Shown here in pieces: positions 47,685-59,000 of a stretch of DNA of 64,000 nt (the first letter of the stretch is position 1; the number at the start of each line of letters is the position of its first letter). The stretch is taken from assembly GCA_963681965.1 (NCBI GenBank), contig OY820579.1:64001-128000 (forward strand), given 5' to 3'. A program made the position numbers and the translations under genes. The notes under the pieces are model-generated. The model was given only the letters and a program-made list of their open reading frames with translations. It was not told the DNA's origin and made no database searches. This DNA comes from a bacterium. Lineage in GTDB: Bacteria > Electryoneota > JAOADG01.

Positions 47685-48734
47685 TTATTCCATCACCAAC
47701 GCGATCGGCGAACCTTGCGAGAGTTGTTGGTTGCCAACCGTAATCACGGTATCGCCTCGGGCAATTCCTTCCACTGCAATTCGATCGCCGAAATTGCCAA
47801 CCACGCGAATGATCTGTTTCTCGGCTTTTTTATTTTTCGCCAAGTAGACGACGGATCGTCCTGCATCGGGCAATACTGCCACTCGCGGGAGGAGAATCCC
47901 ATTCGTAACGGTTCCACCGGAAACAACCGCTCGTGCAAACATTCCCGATTTCAGTTTACCATTGCCCGCGATTCGGATTTCTACCGGGAAGGTCCGTTGA
48001 CCGGTGGTCGCGCGACTACCGATTGCAAATACTTTTCCTTGAACCGTATCGCGCAACGCATCGACAATCACCGTCGCAGTCGCACCTTGTGGAATGAAAC
48101 GGAAATTCTCTTCCGCCACTTGGATCGTCAATTTAAGCGATCCGATGTCGACCAGTTGCACCACCGGTACACCGCGTTCGACCATTTGCCCGACTTCCGT
48201 GAGCTTCGCAGCAACCGTACCGGAAAATGGCGCACGAACTGTCGCTTCGTTGTAAGTCTTCAAAGTCACTTTGTAACCGACTTCGGCACTCTTCATCCCC
48301 AACCTTGCACTCTCCAAATCGCTTTCCGAAATGCTTTTTTGATCGTACAATCGCGTCAATCGATCGTAATCCATTTTGGCTTTATCGAATGCGATTTTCG
48401 CGCGGTCGGCATCGAGTTTATACAATTCGTCATCGATTCGGACCAGTGGGCTACCCTCTTTAACGAAACTCCCGACCTCGACTAGAATTTCTTTTACTCG
48501 TCCACCGGTTTCGGTAGCAATCATCGACTCTTTGTTGCCAGTAAGGGCGCCAGTTTCCTCGATATATCGAGTGTATTCCGTGGTGTCGGCGATTAACCCT
48601 CTCACAGCGACTATTCCGGTATACGCTTCACTTAAAGAATCGCTTTTCGCTTCGCGAGTGATTTTTCCAACGACGATCAGAATTAGAATGACGAGGACTC
48701 CACCATACATATACCATCTAATTTTTTTACCCAT
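47685..48734 (-). CDS. RND efflux periplasmic adaptor (MFP)
   Basis: GRVKEILVEVG, VRAPFSGTV, LKSGMFAR. Confidence 0.93.
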   Translation of the reverse strand: MGKKIRWYMYGGVLVILILIVVGKITREAKSDSLSEAYTGIVAVRGLIADTTEYTRYIEETGALTGNKESMIATETGGRVKEILVEVGSFVKEGSPLVRIDDELYKLDADRAKIAFDKAKMDYDRLTRLYDQKSISESDLESARLGMKSAEVGYKVTLKTYNEATVRAPFSGTVAAKLTEVGQMVERGVPVVQLVDIGSLKLTIQVAEENFRFIPQGATATVIVDALRDTVQGKVFAIGSRATTGQRTFPVEIRIAGNGKLKSGMFARAVVSGGTVTNGILLPRVAVLPDAGRSVVYLAKNKKAEKQIIRVVGNFGDRIAVEGIARGDTVITVGNQQLSQGSPIALVME

Positions 48735-48867
48735 GGCAGGTAACTCCTTTATAAACTGAAATGTTTTATGATGTAACTTTCCAAACTCATTCCGGCTATC
48801 TTCCCATAACCATAACTTGATCTCAACCCGATACTTTTGGGGATCTCAGTAAATCTCGGTCGGTCGT

Positions 48868-50190
48868 CTATTGACGATAGGGAGTCGTTCCGGCAGCCAT
48901 TCTCGTTTCGGCACACGCCACCAATCGATCGAATTTCGCTTGCGCTAATGCGACTTTGGCAACCATTTCATCGAGGTGTGCCGCATCCATTTCCAATGGA
49001 GTAATTTGACCTTGTGCGAGTTTGGTTTGTGCGATTTGCCGTGCTTGTACTGCTTGCTCAACGGTAGTTGAAGCAGCTTGTTCATTCATTATCGCCGTTC
49101 GATACGAATCGATTGCGGATTCAAATTGGAGCTTCGCGCCACGTTCGGCTTGTTCGAGAGATAATTGGGACTTTTTCCAGTCGGCTTTGAATTGCTGTGC
49201 CTTTCCGGATACCTGACCACTGGTCCAAATCGGAATCTGAATGGCGACACTTCCGACGAGCGACGATGCATTGTTGTAGGGATTGATCGCCCACTTTTCG
49301 TTGCCCCACTGCCACGCATACTTCAATTGTGCACCGATCGTAGGCATACCCATGTTTTTGTAAATGGTATAGCCATTCCGGTACACATCGGTGTAGTATT
49401 TCAAACCCTGAAGATCGGGACGAGAATTTATGTGACTGCGGAGTTGGTCGATCGATTCGACGATTGTATCTGTTGCAGAAATCGAAAGCGCACCATCGAC
49501 CGTGACGTTCGAATCAAGTGCAATTCCCAATGCTTCGCGGAATGCCATTTCGGAGAGTTTGAGATTGTTTTCAGCTTGCAGCATTTGCGGCTTCTGGTTA
49601 TTGACTTGGACTTGCGCGCGTAACACATCGTAGTCACTCATCATTCCGACATCGCGCAAGCGCTTGACTTTCGTCAACGCACTATCACTAACTGCCAACC
49701 CATTCCGCCGGACATCGACCACTTCTCGCAGCAATTGAACCGTCCAATACTTCTTCATGATATCGAGTTCAAGTTCGCGTGTAGTATTTTCCGTCAAGTG
49801 CATGTTAGCGGTGCGTGCCGAATATGCTGCTGCCAATCCGGCACCAATACGACCGAAAGTATAGAGTGGCTGTGAAAGCGTTGCTTCACCGATAGCACCG
49901 TTATCAAGCTGTTGCGGTACTTTTTGCATTTCGCCGGTCGACATATTCGGTTGATAGATTTCGAGCTTTTTCCAAGCGCGCTGATATGCGACCGTTCCGG
50001 AAATTTGCGGTAGCGCATTCGACCAGGCTTCTTTGATTTGCCCATTCACTTTCATTTGGTCGATAACGGGACCCTGTTGCTTGAGCGAACGTTTTTTCCC
50101 GAGGGCGATCGCCTCGTCGAGTGTTATCGCTTGCGCGGAAAAAACGCAAATCAGTAGCAACAGCAGAACTTTAAGAGTTCCTGTGTTCAT
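48868..50190 (-). CDS. TolC-family outer membrane efflux protein
   Basis: Signal peptide, ITLDEAI, LSQPLYTFG, IQIPIWTSG; upstream of MFP and RND genes. Confidence 0.9.
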   Translation of the reverse strand: MNTGTLKVLLLLLICVFSAQAITLDEAIALGKKRSLKQQGPVIDQMKVNGQIKEAWSNALPQISGTVAYQRAWKKLEIYQPNMSTGEMQKVPQQLDNGAIGEATLSQPLYTFGRIGAGLAAAYSARTANMHLTENTTRELELDIMKKYWTVQLLREVVDVRRNGLAVSDSALTKVKRLRDVGMMSDYDVLRAQVQVNNQKPQMLQAENNLKLSEMAFREALGIALDSNVTVDGALSISATDTIVESIDQLRSHINSRPDLQGLKYYTDVYRNGYTIYKNMGMPTIGAQLKYAWQWGNEKWAINPYNNASSLVGSVAIQIPIWTSGQVSGKAQQFKADWKKSQLSLEQAERGAKLQFESAIDSYRTAIMNEQAASTTVEQAVQARQIAQTKLAQGQITPLEMDAAHLDEMVAKVALAQAKFDRLVACAETRMAAGTTPYRQ

Positions 50191-50220
50191 GAGAAATGAC
50201 TCCCATATCGTAGTTGGTTA

Positions 50221-50832
50221 CTACGATTCCGAATGGTTGTTTTTGTTTACTGCCAAGGCATCATAGAAGAGTTTGGTCGCTACTTCAAGAACACCTAGTA
50301 CATCGACATTCGGATCCAATTGTTTACGTGTAAAAAGCCCGTTGTACATGGCGGAAATCGCCTGCGAAACGTACAACGGATTGGTCGATCGAAACTTTCC
50401 GTCCTGCACTGCTTCTTGAATAAGCGTACTGACAATCTGATCCCAATCCCGGAGGTAACCTGCTAGCTTTCCACCGATCTCGGGAAACCGACTCGCCAAA
50501 CTGTTCAATTGGCAGAAAACTTGATCGCGTTCCGGATTCGTCATTTTGGTTCGATACAACTCGGAATGAACTTTATAGAGCGTTTCGGCACCGTAATCAT
50601 TCTGTGCCATTTGAACGACATCCATCTGTTCGTCGTGGATATATCGGTCAGTCAAGGCAAACAGGATTTCCAACTTGCTCTTGAAATACCAGTAAATCGC
50701 ACCTTTCGAGAGACCCGCCTGCTTGGCGATCTCATCGACAGTTGTATTTTCATACCCGTGTTCAACAAACAATGTTGTTGCAGCATCAAGAATTTGTTCC
50801 CGACGCACGTCTTCGGTTTGATGCTCAGTCAT
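50221..50832 (-). CDS. TetR/AcrR family regulator
   Basis: RREQILDAA..FVEHGY..TTVDEIA..AGLSKGAIYWYFKSK. RBS AGGGAG precedes ATG 50832. Confidence 0.93.
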   Translation of the reverse strand: MTEHQTEDVRREQILDAATTLFVEHGYENTTVDEIAKQAGLSKGAIYWYFKSKLEILFALTDRYIHDEQMDVVQMAQNDYGAETLYKVHSELYRTKMTNPERDQVFCQLNSLASRFPEIGGKLAGYLRDWDQIVSTLIQEAVQDGKFRSTNPLYVSQAISAMYNGLFTRKQLDPNVDVLGVLEVATKLFYDALAVNKNNHSES

Positions 50833-50847
50833 ATTACAAATCTCCCT

Positions 50848-50979
50848 ACTGACTGGTCGGTCTTGGTGTAAGTGTGAAAGAAAATTCAAAAAGTTGCAGT
50901 TCGGATTCACTCAATCTGACTGCTCTCATTTAAACCAACCAGTCAGTATATGATACGAACTTTATAGTCGGTTTGTCAA
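50848..50979 (-). promoter_or_regulatory. Sigma70 promoter and two putative TetR operators
   Basis: Minus strand TTGACA(50979-50974)-18-TATCAT(50955-50950). Imperfect palindromes ACTGACTGGTCGGT (50848-50861) and ACCAACCAGTCAGT (50934-50947). Confidence 0.65.
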
Positions 50980-51129
50980 GTGAGATATTATATAGTTGTA
51001 AATTAACGTGATAATATATTATGATCCAATAAGTATTCAATTCTTAGAATCTTATACCGACTTAGCGGTCGAGATGCAGTTCTCGTACATATTCTGGAAA
51101 AGACCCAACATATAAAAATGTCAGAATCG

Positions 51130-51166
51130 AAAAAAAACCGGGACTGGTCGTTGACCAATCCCGGTT
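51130..51166 (-). terminator. Intrinsic terminator for the gamma-CA gene pair
   Basis: Minus strand AACCGGGATTGGTC-AAC-GACCAGTCCCGGTTTTTTTT. Confidence 0.8.
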
Positions 51167-51235
51167 GAAATCAAGTTAAAAAATGTCTGATTCTCGGAGT
51201 GAAAAACTCGGCACTATGTCGATGCAGCGAGATTA

Positions 51236-51348
51236 TAGTGATTCTTGAAATAAGTTGTCATGATTCGGTGTCAGGCTTCGCCTGACCTGCGGGCGGACGC
51301 GGGGGTCCGCCCCTACTACCGATAACAACTTATTTTCAAGTGATACTC
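51236..51348. repeat. Composite REP/MITE-like element, copy F
   Basis: Near-identical to copy A; abuts the gamma-CA stop codon. Confidence 0.9.
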
Positions 51349-51887
51349 TACTTACCAGTTAGTCCCTTGGCAAATCGAATTGCATTCTGCACGTAGTGAT
51401 CGGCGTTATGCCAATTGATCGTTCTTTCTTCTTCGGTAAGAATACGTTTCACTTTCGCTGGAATACCCATTACGACTGCACCTTCCGGCACTTCCATTCC
51501 GGGAGGCACAACCGCACCAGCTCCGATTTGTGCCCCTTTTCGGATAATGGCTCCATTCAGTACTATCGCTCCAATTCCGATCAGGGCTTCATCTTCGATC
51601 GTACAGCCATGCAAGATTACATTGTGTCCGACAGTGACATTATCGCCAATCTTAGTGGGATACCCTCGGTCGACATGAACAACGGTGCCATCCTGGATAT
51701 TGGTTCGCTCGCCGATTACGATATCATCGATATCGCCGCGAATGGTCACATTGAACCAGACACTGGCAGCAGCGCCGATTTTAACTCGACCGACAACGAC
51801 GGCATTGGGAGCGATCCAAGCCGACTCGGCGATCTCCGGTGCAATCCCATCCAGCACACCGATAACTGGTTGTGGTAGATTACTCAT
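51348..51887 (-). CDS. Gamma carbonic anhydrase family (YrdA/PaaY-like) hexapeptide protein
   Basis: IRGDI, TNIQDGTVVH, VGHNVILHGC. Confidence 0.92.
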   Translation of the reverse strand: MSNLPQPVIGVLDGIAPEIAESAWIAPNAVVVGRVKIGAAASVWFNVTIRGDIDDIVIGERTNIQDGTVVHVDRGYPTKIGDNVTVGHNVILHGCTIEDEALIGIGAIVLNGAIIRKGAQIGAGAVVPPGMEVPEGAVVMGIPAKVKRILTEEERTINWHNADHYVQNAIRFAKGLTGK

Positions 51888-51956
51888 TGCTATGCTCCAT
51901 TTAATATGAAATGCATCCGAGTCGATGCATCTTTCGAAGTTGTGTGATTGGTAGGG

Positions 51957-52553
51957 TTACTTTCCAGTCGGCATCAATCGACCGATGATTATACCGATCA
52001 CGATACCGGTTAAAAAGACGACTGTTACGGTACGCCAGTTCAAGACTTCGCGTCCTTTTCCTTCGGCCGTGAATTTGATCGTGAAGACATAGCCCAATCC
52101 ATTCATGATCCAGATGAATGGTAACGACAGTGCCCATACTAAGATCGGACCGACTACCGGGATTAAACCGATCAATGCGACAAGACCGGTGAAGAGTTGC
52201 GAGATCAAACCAAATACAACCAGTACGGTTGCGATAAGCGGTTTATCGACACCGAGCAACACAGCAGTCACTGCAGCAAAGACGGCGATAAAAAGGACGA
52301 TGAAGCGATTACGGAACCACTTTTTACGGTGGCTTGGATCTTTTGGCGGTTCAAGCAGTTTTAAGAAAGCGCTTTTCGAGCGATCCAGACTCCCTTCCGT
52401 GGTTTCACCCGGTTGTGAAGGGAGTTCATCAGGCAGTGGTTCTTCACGCTCGGGTTGGAGCATGTGAACCAGATTGACTTCGACTTTTTTTAATTCGTCG
52501 CCAATCCGATTGATCTGATCGACCGTCTGTTTGTTTTTTCGCTTCTTGGCCAT
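51957..52553 (-). CDS. Hypothetical membrane protein
   Basis: Charged N-terminus followed by 3-4 TM helices. Confidence 0.7.
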   Translation of the reverse strand: MAKKRKNKQTVDQINRIGDELKKVEVNLVHMLQPEREEPLPDELPSQPGETTEGSLDRSKSAFLKLLEPPKDPSHRKKWFRNRFIVLFIAVFAAVTAVLLGVDKPLIATVLVVFGLISQLFTGLVALIGLIPVVGPILVWALSLPFIWIMNGLGYVFTIKFTAEGKGREVLNWRTVTVVFLTGIVIGIIIGRLMPTGK

Positions 52554-52709
52554 CGCCTAAACATAATATTGAGAAAAGACGATGACAACTAACTGCGTAT
52601 ATTCTGGTGTTTCAAATCATAACAGTAGGATTTTCAGTAATCAGGACATTTCCGCAGAAAACAGTTCCGGGACTTGTCCGATTGCATTGATTAACTGTAG
52701 ATTACAACC

Positions 52710-53465
52710 ATGCACATATTTTTCTCCGATGTCCACCTAATGAGTGGTCGCGCCGACGATCTTGAGCAGCGCGACCGCGTGATCCGCTTTCTGAAAAATG
52801 TCGCTAGCCAAGCAGAAGGGCTGTGGATTGGCGGCGACCTCTTCGATTTCTGGTACGAATGGCGTCATGCGATCCCGAAAATTCATTTCGAAGTTGTTGC
52901 CGCACTCAAGAAATTGGTCGATCAGGGTGTTGCCGTTCATCTGATACCTGGTAATCACGATTTCGCCATTTCCAACTTCTTCACCGATCAAATTGGAGCA
53001 ACAATTCACCACAGTCCGAGTGAAATCGAGCTCGATGGTCAGCGGATTTACTGGCACCACGGCGATGGCGTGGCTCCCAGCGATGGTGGATATCGATTGC
53101 TCAAGCGGGTGTTGCATAATCGCACAGCGCAAGCGATGTTTCGCTGGATTCATCCCGATGTCGCGATGGGTATTGCTTTAATGACATCGAAAAGTTCTCG
53201 ATACAAATCGGACACAATCGGCGTTCCACCCGACGAAGAATACGAGGCATTTGCCAAAGAGATACTAGCTCTCGGAAAAAACGACGTTGTGCTAATGGGT
53301 CACACGCATATTCCTCGAATCGATCGATTCGGACAAGGGTGGTATATCAATACCGGCGATTTCATTATCGAACGAACCTACGTCGTGTTGGAAAACGGAA
53401 AGTGGCGAATGGAACGCTTCGAATACGATCCGAAGTTGGGTCACAATCAAATTCGAAAAAAGTAA
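52710..53465 (+). CDS. lpxH: UDP-2,3-diacylglucosamine diphosphatase (LpxH-like metallophosphoesterase)
   Basis: SDVHL, GDLFDFW, GNHD, HGDG, GHTH motifs. Confidence 0.75.
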   Translation: MHIFFSDVHLMSGRADDLEQRDRVIRFLKNVASQAEGLWIGGDLFDFWYEWRHAIPKIHFEVVAALKKLVDQGVAVHLIPGNHDFAISNFFTDQIGATIHHSPSEIELDGQRIYWHHGDGVAPSDGGYRLLKRVLHNRTAQAMFRWIHPDVAMGIALMTSKSSRYKSDTIGVPPDEEYEAFAKEILALGKNDVVLMGHTHIPRIDRFGQGWYINTGDFIIERTYVVLENGKWRMERFEYDPKLGHNQIRKK

Positions 53466-53501
53466 CGACACACTCGAATCGAAAATCGTAGATTAGAAAC
53501 A

Positions 53502-55628
53502 ATGAATTTATTACAACGCGAACCAACACCAATTTTACCCAATCAACCGCGCGAGTTTCATCTTCCGACGCCGCGTAATTACTATCTCCATTGGTTTCGA
53601 TGGGTGTTGTACGGCGTGCTTTGTTTCAGTTTCGGGTTGGGAATTGGAGCGGGTGTCTGGTGGTATTACAAAGATGAACTACCCGCGATATCGGTACTGG
53701 AAAAATACGAACCGAAACTAGCATCGAAAGTCTTTTCCGCCGATGGTGTGATGTTGACCGAATTCTTCGAAGAGCGCCGTGAATATGTCACCTTGAATCA
53801 CATCCCAGCCGACATGAAAAACGCGGTGTTATCGATCGAAGATCAACGATTCTACTCACACTGGGGTCTGGATTTAATCGGTATTTTCCGCGCGATTGCG
53901 GAGAATGCGCTCACTCACGCCCGTAGACAAGGCGCCAGCACATTAACGCAGCAGCTCGCGCGCAATCTCTATTTCGGACCGGAAAAACGCCTCAGCCGGA
54001 AAATCAAAGAACAACTCACAGCGATTCAGATCGAACGAACCTACGCGAAAAATGAAATTCTAGAGATGTACTTAACACAGGTATATTTCGGACACGGAGC
54101 ACACGGTGTCGGTGCTGCGGCACGCCGATTTTTCTCGAAGGACATCACGAAGTTAACGCTTCCGGAATGTGCATTGTTAGCTGGAATGATTCAGACGCCG
54201 GGTCGCAATTCACCAATCAAATATCCGACGAAAGCGAAATCGCGCCGCGACATCGTCTTGAAAAAGATGTACGAACTGGATTTTATTTCATCCCGGCAAT
54301 ATGCCGCCGCAGTCCAGTCACCGCTCGGTCTAAATCCTTCCGAAGGGAACGATGCGCTCGGGATCGCACCCTATTTTACTGAAATGGTGCGACAAGAGAT
54401 GGAAGAGCGTAATGATTCCCTCGGTGTCGACTATTTGAAAGACGGATTGAAGATCTCCACGACACTGGACGCTAAACTGCAGGGGTGGCTGGAGCAATCG
54501 ATCCGCGATCACATGCGCGAACAGGATAAAATTTATTCAGTTCAATCCTACAAGCGGTTAGGGGGAGAAAACTGGCTTCGACGCGCGCATCCTAAGATCT
54601 TTGTTAAATACGGCAATATTGAAAACAATCCGGTATTATTAGATTCACTTCTACCCGAACGCGATAAACTTCAGGTCGCGGCAGCAGCGATCGATCCAAA
54701 GACCGGCGGGATCCTCGCGATGGTAGGCGGTCGCAGTTTTGCACGATCGAAATACAATCGAGCAGTTCAGGCAACCCGACAACCGGGATCGACCTTTAAA
54801 CCGTTCGTGTATGCGACTGCATTGAATATGGGTTTTGAACCGGACACGAAAGTATCGAATGCATCGATTACGATCTCGATACCGGGTGCGAAAGTGTGGC
54901 ATCCAACGAATTACGATGGGAAATCGGGTGGAGTTTTTCAGTTTCGGGACGCCTTAAAACAATCTTTAAATCTTTGTGCAATAAGAGTCTGCAAAGATTT
55001 TACCGGTATTCAACCGGTGATCGATTTCGCTCACAAAATGGGGATCACCTCCCAAATTCAGCACTATCTACCGATCGCAATTGGTGCGAACGGCTTAAAA
55101 CTGATCGAAGTGGTTAATGCTTACGGAGCCTGGGGACAAGGCGGTGTGCTTCCGAAGACATATTATGTGTCGAAGGTCGAAGACAATACGAATGCGATGC
55201 TGTTTCAACGTCGCACGCAACGCACCGAAGTCGTGGATGAGACGACCGCATACCTCATCACCGATATGCTTCGCGATGTGATCAATGCCGGTACTGGCGC
55301 TCCGGCACGCTATACCTATCATTTTCGCGCCGATGCTGCCGGTAAAACGGGTACCACGAATAGCTTTACCGATGCTTGGTTCGTCGGTTACACTCCGCAA
55401 ATTGCACTCGGAGTGTGGGTTGGTTTCGACGACCCGGCTCGATCGCTCGGTCCGAAAAAAACCGGTGGTGTAATGGCACTTCCGATCTGGGCGAATACAA
55501 TGGTGAAAGCATTCGATGCCGGCAAGTTTACCGACGAACGATTTCACTGCCCCGCAACTGTGGACACCGTAAAACGAAAGCGAAAAATCGAAACTCCGAA
55601 TAGAGACCGCTCCAAAAAGCAATTATAA
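53502..55628 (+). CDS. Class A penicillin-binding protein (PBP1A family)
   Basis: EDQRFYSHWG, GASTLTQQL, RKIKE; transpeptidase STFK, SLN, KTG. Confidence 0.95.
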   Translation: MNLLQREPTPILPNQPREFHLPTPRNYYLHWFRWVLYGVLCFSFGLGIGAGVWWYYKDELPAISVLEKYEPKLASKVFSADGVMLTEFFEERREYVTLNHIPADMKNAVLSIEDQRFYSHWGLDLIGIFRAIAENALTHARRQGASTLTQQLARNLYFGPEKRLSRKIKEQLTAIQIERTYAKNEILEMYLTQVYFGHGAHGVGAAARRFFSKDITKLTLPECALLAGMIQTPGRNSPIKYPTKAKSRRDIVLKKMYELDFISSRQYAAAVQSPLGLNPSEGNDALGIAPYFTEMVRQEMEERNDSLGVDYLKDGLKISTTLDAKLQGWLEQSIRDHMREQDKIYSVQSYKRLGGENWLRRAHPKIFVKYGNIENNPVLLDSLLPERDKLQVAAAAIDPKTGGILAMVGGRSFARSKYNRAVQATRQPGSTFKPFVYATALNMGFEPDTKVSNASITISIPGAKVWHPTNYDGKSGGVFQFRDALKQSLNLCAIRVCKDFTGIQPVIDFAHKMGITSQIQHYLPIAIGANGLKLIEVVNAYGAWGQGGVLPKTYYVSKVEDNTNAMLFQRRTQRTEVVDETTAYLITDMLRDVINAGTGAPARYTYHFRADAAGKTGTTNSFTDAWFVGYTPQIALGVWVGFDDPARSLGPKKTGGVMALPIWANTMVKAFDAGKFTDERFHCPATVDTVKRKRKIETPNRDRSKKQL

Positions 55629-55643
55629 CCGATATGAATTGTT

Positions 55644-55794
55644 AAGTTGTTCTTGAAGGTTAGTTGTCATGATTCGGTGTCCGCCATACGGCGAACAGGT
55701 AAAGACAAGCGTATCTGTACCTACATTAGATACCTGCGGGCGGACACGGGGGTCCGCCCCTACTTCCGATAACAACTGATTTTCAAGAGATTCT
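55644..55794. repeat. Composite element, long variant, copy G
   Basis: Same (diverged) termini; internal CCGCCATACGGCG hairpin plus type-2 REP plus type-1 REP. Confidence 0.85.
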
Positions 55795-56057
55795 GTAGTA
55801 TTCTTCATCCCACACGGAAACTTCTCTCCGATAATCCCTTCAAATTCCACTAATTACATCCAAAACCGCGATAATGCACTGAGCGGTGGATCGATTATCA
55901 CGGGCTATTCAGCGGAAAAAACACGAGAAATAAGATTCTGGGCGAATATTTTATTAGCCCGTTTTGTTTTTGGGTTGAATTTCACAAAAAATGAAGATAC
56001 ATTGTTTGTTAGCTTCAAATTAATACTTCTTGTTCACCTCAAAATTGCGAGATTACC

Positions 56058-59000
56058 ATGTACAATCTTTGCCGAAAATCTGCTTCTTTGGTATTGTTAT
56101 TTGTGGTCTTTTCAGTGTTCGCTATTCAGGCTTTTGCAACCGAGATATCTTCCAGAGCGAGCAAACAGAACGCGAATACTCAATTTCCCGTGACGATCGG
56201 TTCGAATAACGAAATCGACGTTGCAGTGGGTATCGGAAGCGGCGTGTATGTATCGCGCTATCCGATCACAGAATATTACTGGTTCACCCGAAATCAATCG
56301 CTCTATACCGCTGCCGAGATCGGTCGTGCGGGAATGATTTCGCATTTACGGTGGTATCCCACTACAGCGCGAAGCTGGGCAAATACCGGTGGTTCGAATC
56401 AAGTAAAGATTTACATTGGCACCACCAGTTCCTCGAGCTTGACGAGTCAGACTTATTCCACGAGTGGTTTGACTCTGGTCTATCAGAACAACTCGTATAC
56501 AGGTGTATCAGTCGCAAATGCGTGGCAAGAATTCGACATCACCGACTATTATTACAACGGTACCGAAAATCTGATCGTTGTCACCGAAATCAATCTCGCC
56601 AACTGGAGTTCTCCCAGTACCGGCGAAGACTACCGCAATAGCGGTACAAGCGGTATTTACTTGAATCAGCACTGGGAACGCGACAACACCCCACCGGTCG
56701 TATCCGGAACGCTCGATACGTTACGTCCGAATCTTCAAATTGAATTCAGTACTTCTGCTCCAGCATTACCGATTCTGGTATCGCCTGCGAACAACGCAAC
56801 CAATATTGCGGTCACGACTGCAGTTAACTGGACGAATGGTGCGAATACTGCGAATGTCGATCTATTCTTTTCAAACAACCAAGCACTAGTTTCGGCAATG
56901 GATACGACGGTTCGCGTACTTTCGGCATCGACGGCAACGACATTCGATCCGACTGGCGACTTGAATGCGGGTGTAACCTATTACTGGCGAGTGCTGGCGC
57001 GTAATGCCGGCGGCGAAACAACCGCAGGTACAATCTGGCAATTCACCACCGCTTCCCCCCCATTGACTGGAACGAAAACAGTTGGTGGCACCAGTCCGGA
57101 TTATCCCACTTTTACCGATGCGATCAACGCGTTGATTGCATACGGGGTAGGTAGCAGCGGTATCACATTCAGTGTTCGTCCGGGTACTTACAACGAACGT
57201 ATCGTGATTCCACAGATTACCGGTGCATCGACCACTTCTCACATCATCTTCCAGAAAGAGAGCGGTACGGTTACAGTCGCAATGGCTGGAACGAGTGGCT
57301 CGAGCGATGCAATTGTGAAATTGAATGCTGCAGACTACATCGAATTGCGCGGAATTGACGTACTCGATCTTGGAACCGACGACACGAACTATAACGAGTA
57401 TGGTTTTTATGTAACCAACTCCACTGCGACGAACGGTGCAAATGGCAATATTATCGCCAATTCAACGATCACCATGCACCGCGCGAATGTCAATAGCCGA
57501 GCGATTTTCCAAAATTACAGCATTACACCGACGGCTCAGACCGGTGCCAATAGCGACAACAAGTACTTGGACTTGAAAATATCCAATACGGCATACGGTA
57601 TTTTCATTAATAGCCACAGCACCTATCGCGATCTCAATACCGAAATCGGTTCGACTTCTTCCGATTTAGCGTATGCCAATCGTACCGTAATCGGCAATGG
57701 TGGAATTGACGACATCGGTTCCATCAATACTACCTATGGTATCTATATCGGTTATGCTCAAAGAACGCTGATTCACGATTGCGATATCCAAAATCTATTC
57801 ACGTCCAGTCCCGGAACAAGTGTTTATGGCGTAACCATGATGAACACTTACGGTATTTCGGAACTCTACAACAATCGAATTTTCAACTTACGCAATACTT
57901 CCGGTTCGATTTCCGCTACTGGATACATGTACGGCGTTTATGCCAATGCTTCTTCAGGGGCAGGCAACGAGATCCGAGTTTACAACAACTACATCTCGGG
58001 TTTTTCGAATCCCCGCACTTCGGAAGTCACCACTGTTTATTTGTACGGTATCTATAGCAGTCAATCTTCGGGACTTTGCTATATCGACCACAACGCCATT
58101 CTGATGAATCCGTCGACAGTCGGTGCTTCAACGACATGTTTGCAGGTTTCGAACACATCATATGTTCGCAACAATATTCTGGCGAATACGACACCGAACC
58201 AGTTCACCGCCAAGCATTACATCATTCTCACGATTACGAACAATCCGGTATCCAATTACAACAGCTATTATCTGCCCAATTTGTATGGTGGATATTTCGG
58301 AATCAGCGCGAGCACCGATCGGCTGGGTATCGACGATTGGCGCGCTTACACTTCGCAAGACAATCAATCGACCGAAGGAAATCCCCGATTTGTCGACGGC
58401 TCAAGCGGCAATCTTCATATTCAAGCCGGTGTGAAAACGGCAATCAACAATACCGGTACACCGATCGCATGGGTGACAACCGATATCAACGGAATTATTC
58501 GAAATACCGGAACCCCCGACATCGGACCGAACGAAGGGATTTTCGTTTCGACGACGCCATTGATGGGAACAAAGACAGTTGGCGGTACATCGGCAGATTA
58601 CGCGACGCTAGTCGATGCCGTAGAAGCCCTCGCAAAATATGGCATCGGTACGAATGGGGTCACATTCAGTGTTCGACCCGGCACCTATAACGGTCCAATC
58701 ACGATTCCTTATTTGCCCGATGCGAGCGACCGCACGCCGGCGAATTTCATCAAAGAATCGGGGACTGTTACTGTGACTGCCACCGGAACGAGTGGCAATT
58801 ACGATGCAATTTTGCGGTTGCAGGGGTGTGACTGGGTGACATTCGACGGTATCGATTTTGTCGATGGCGGGTCGAGTTCAGCCGATTATTGCGAGTTTGG
58901 TGTATGGGTTGGTGGTACATCGGGAACCAACGGTGCGACCAATAATACGATCAAGAACTCGACGATTACGATGCATCGCGCGAATAGCAATGCAAATTGC

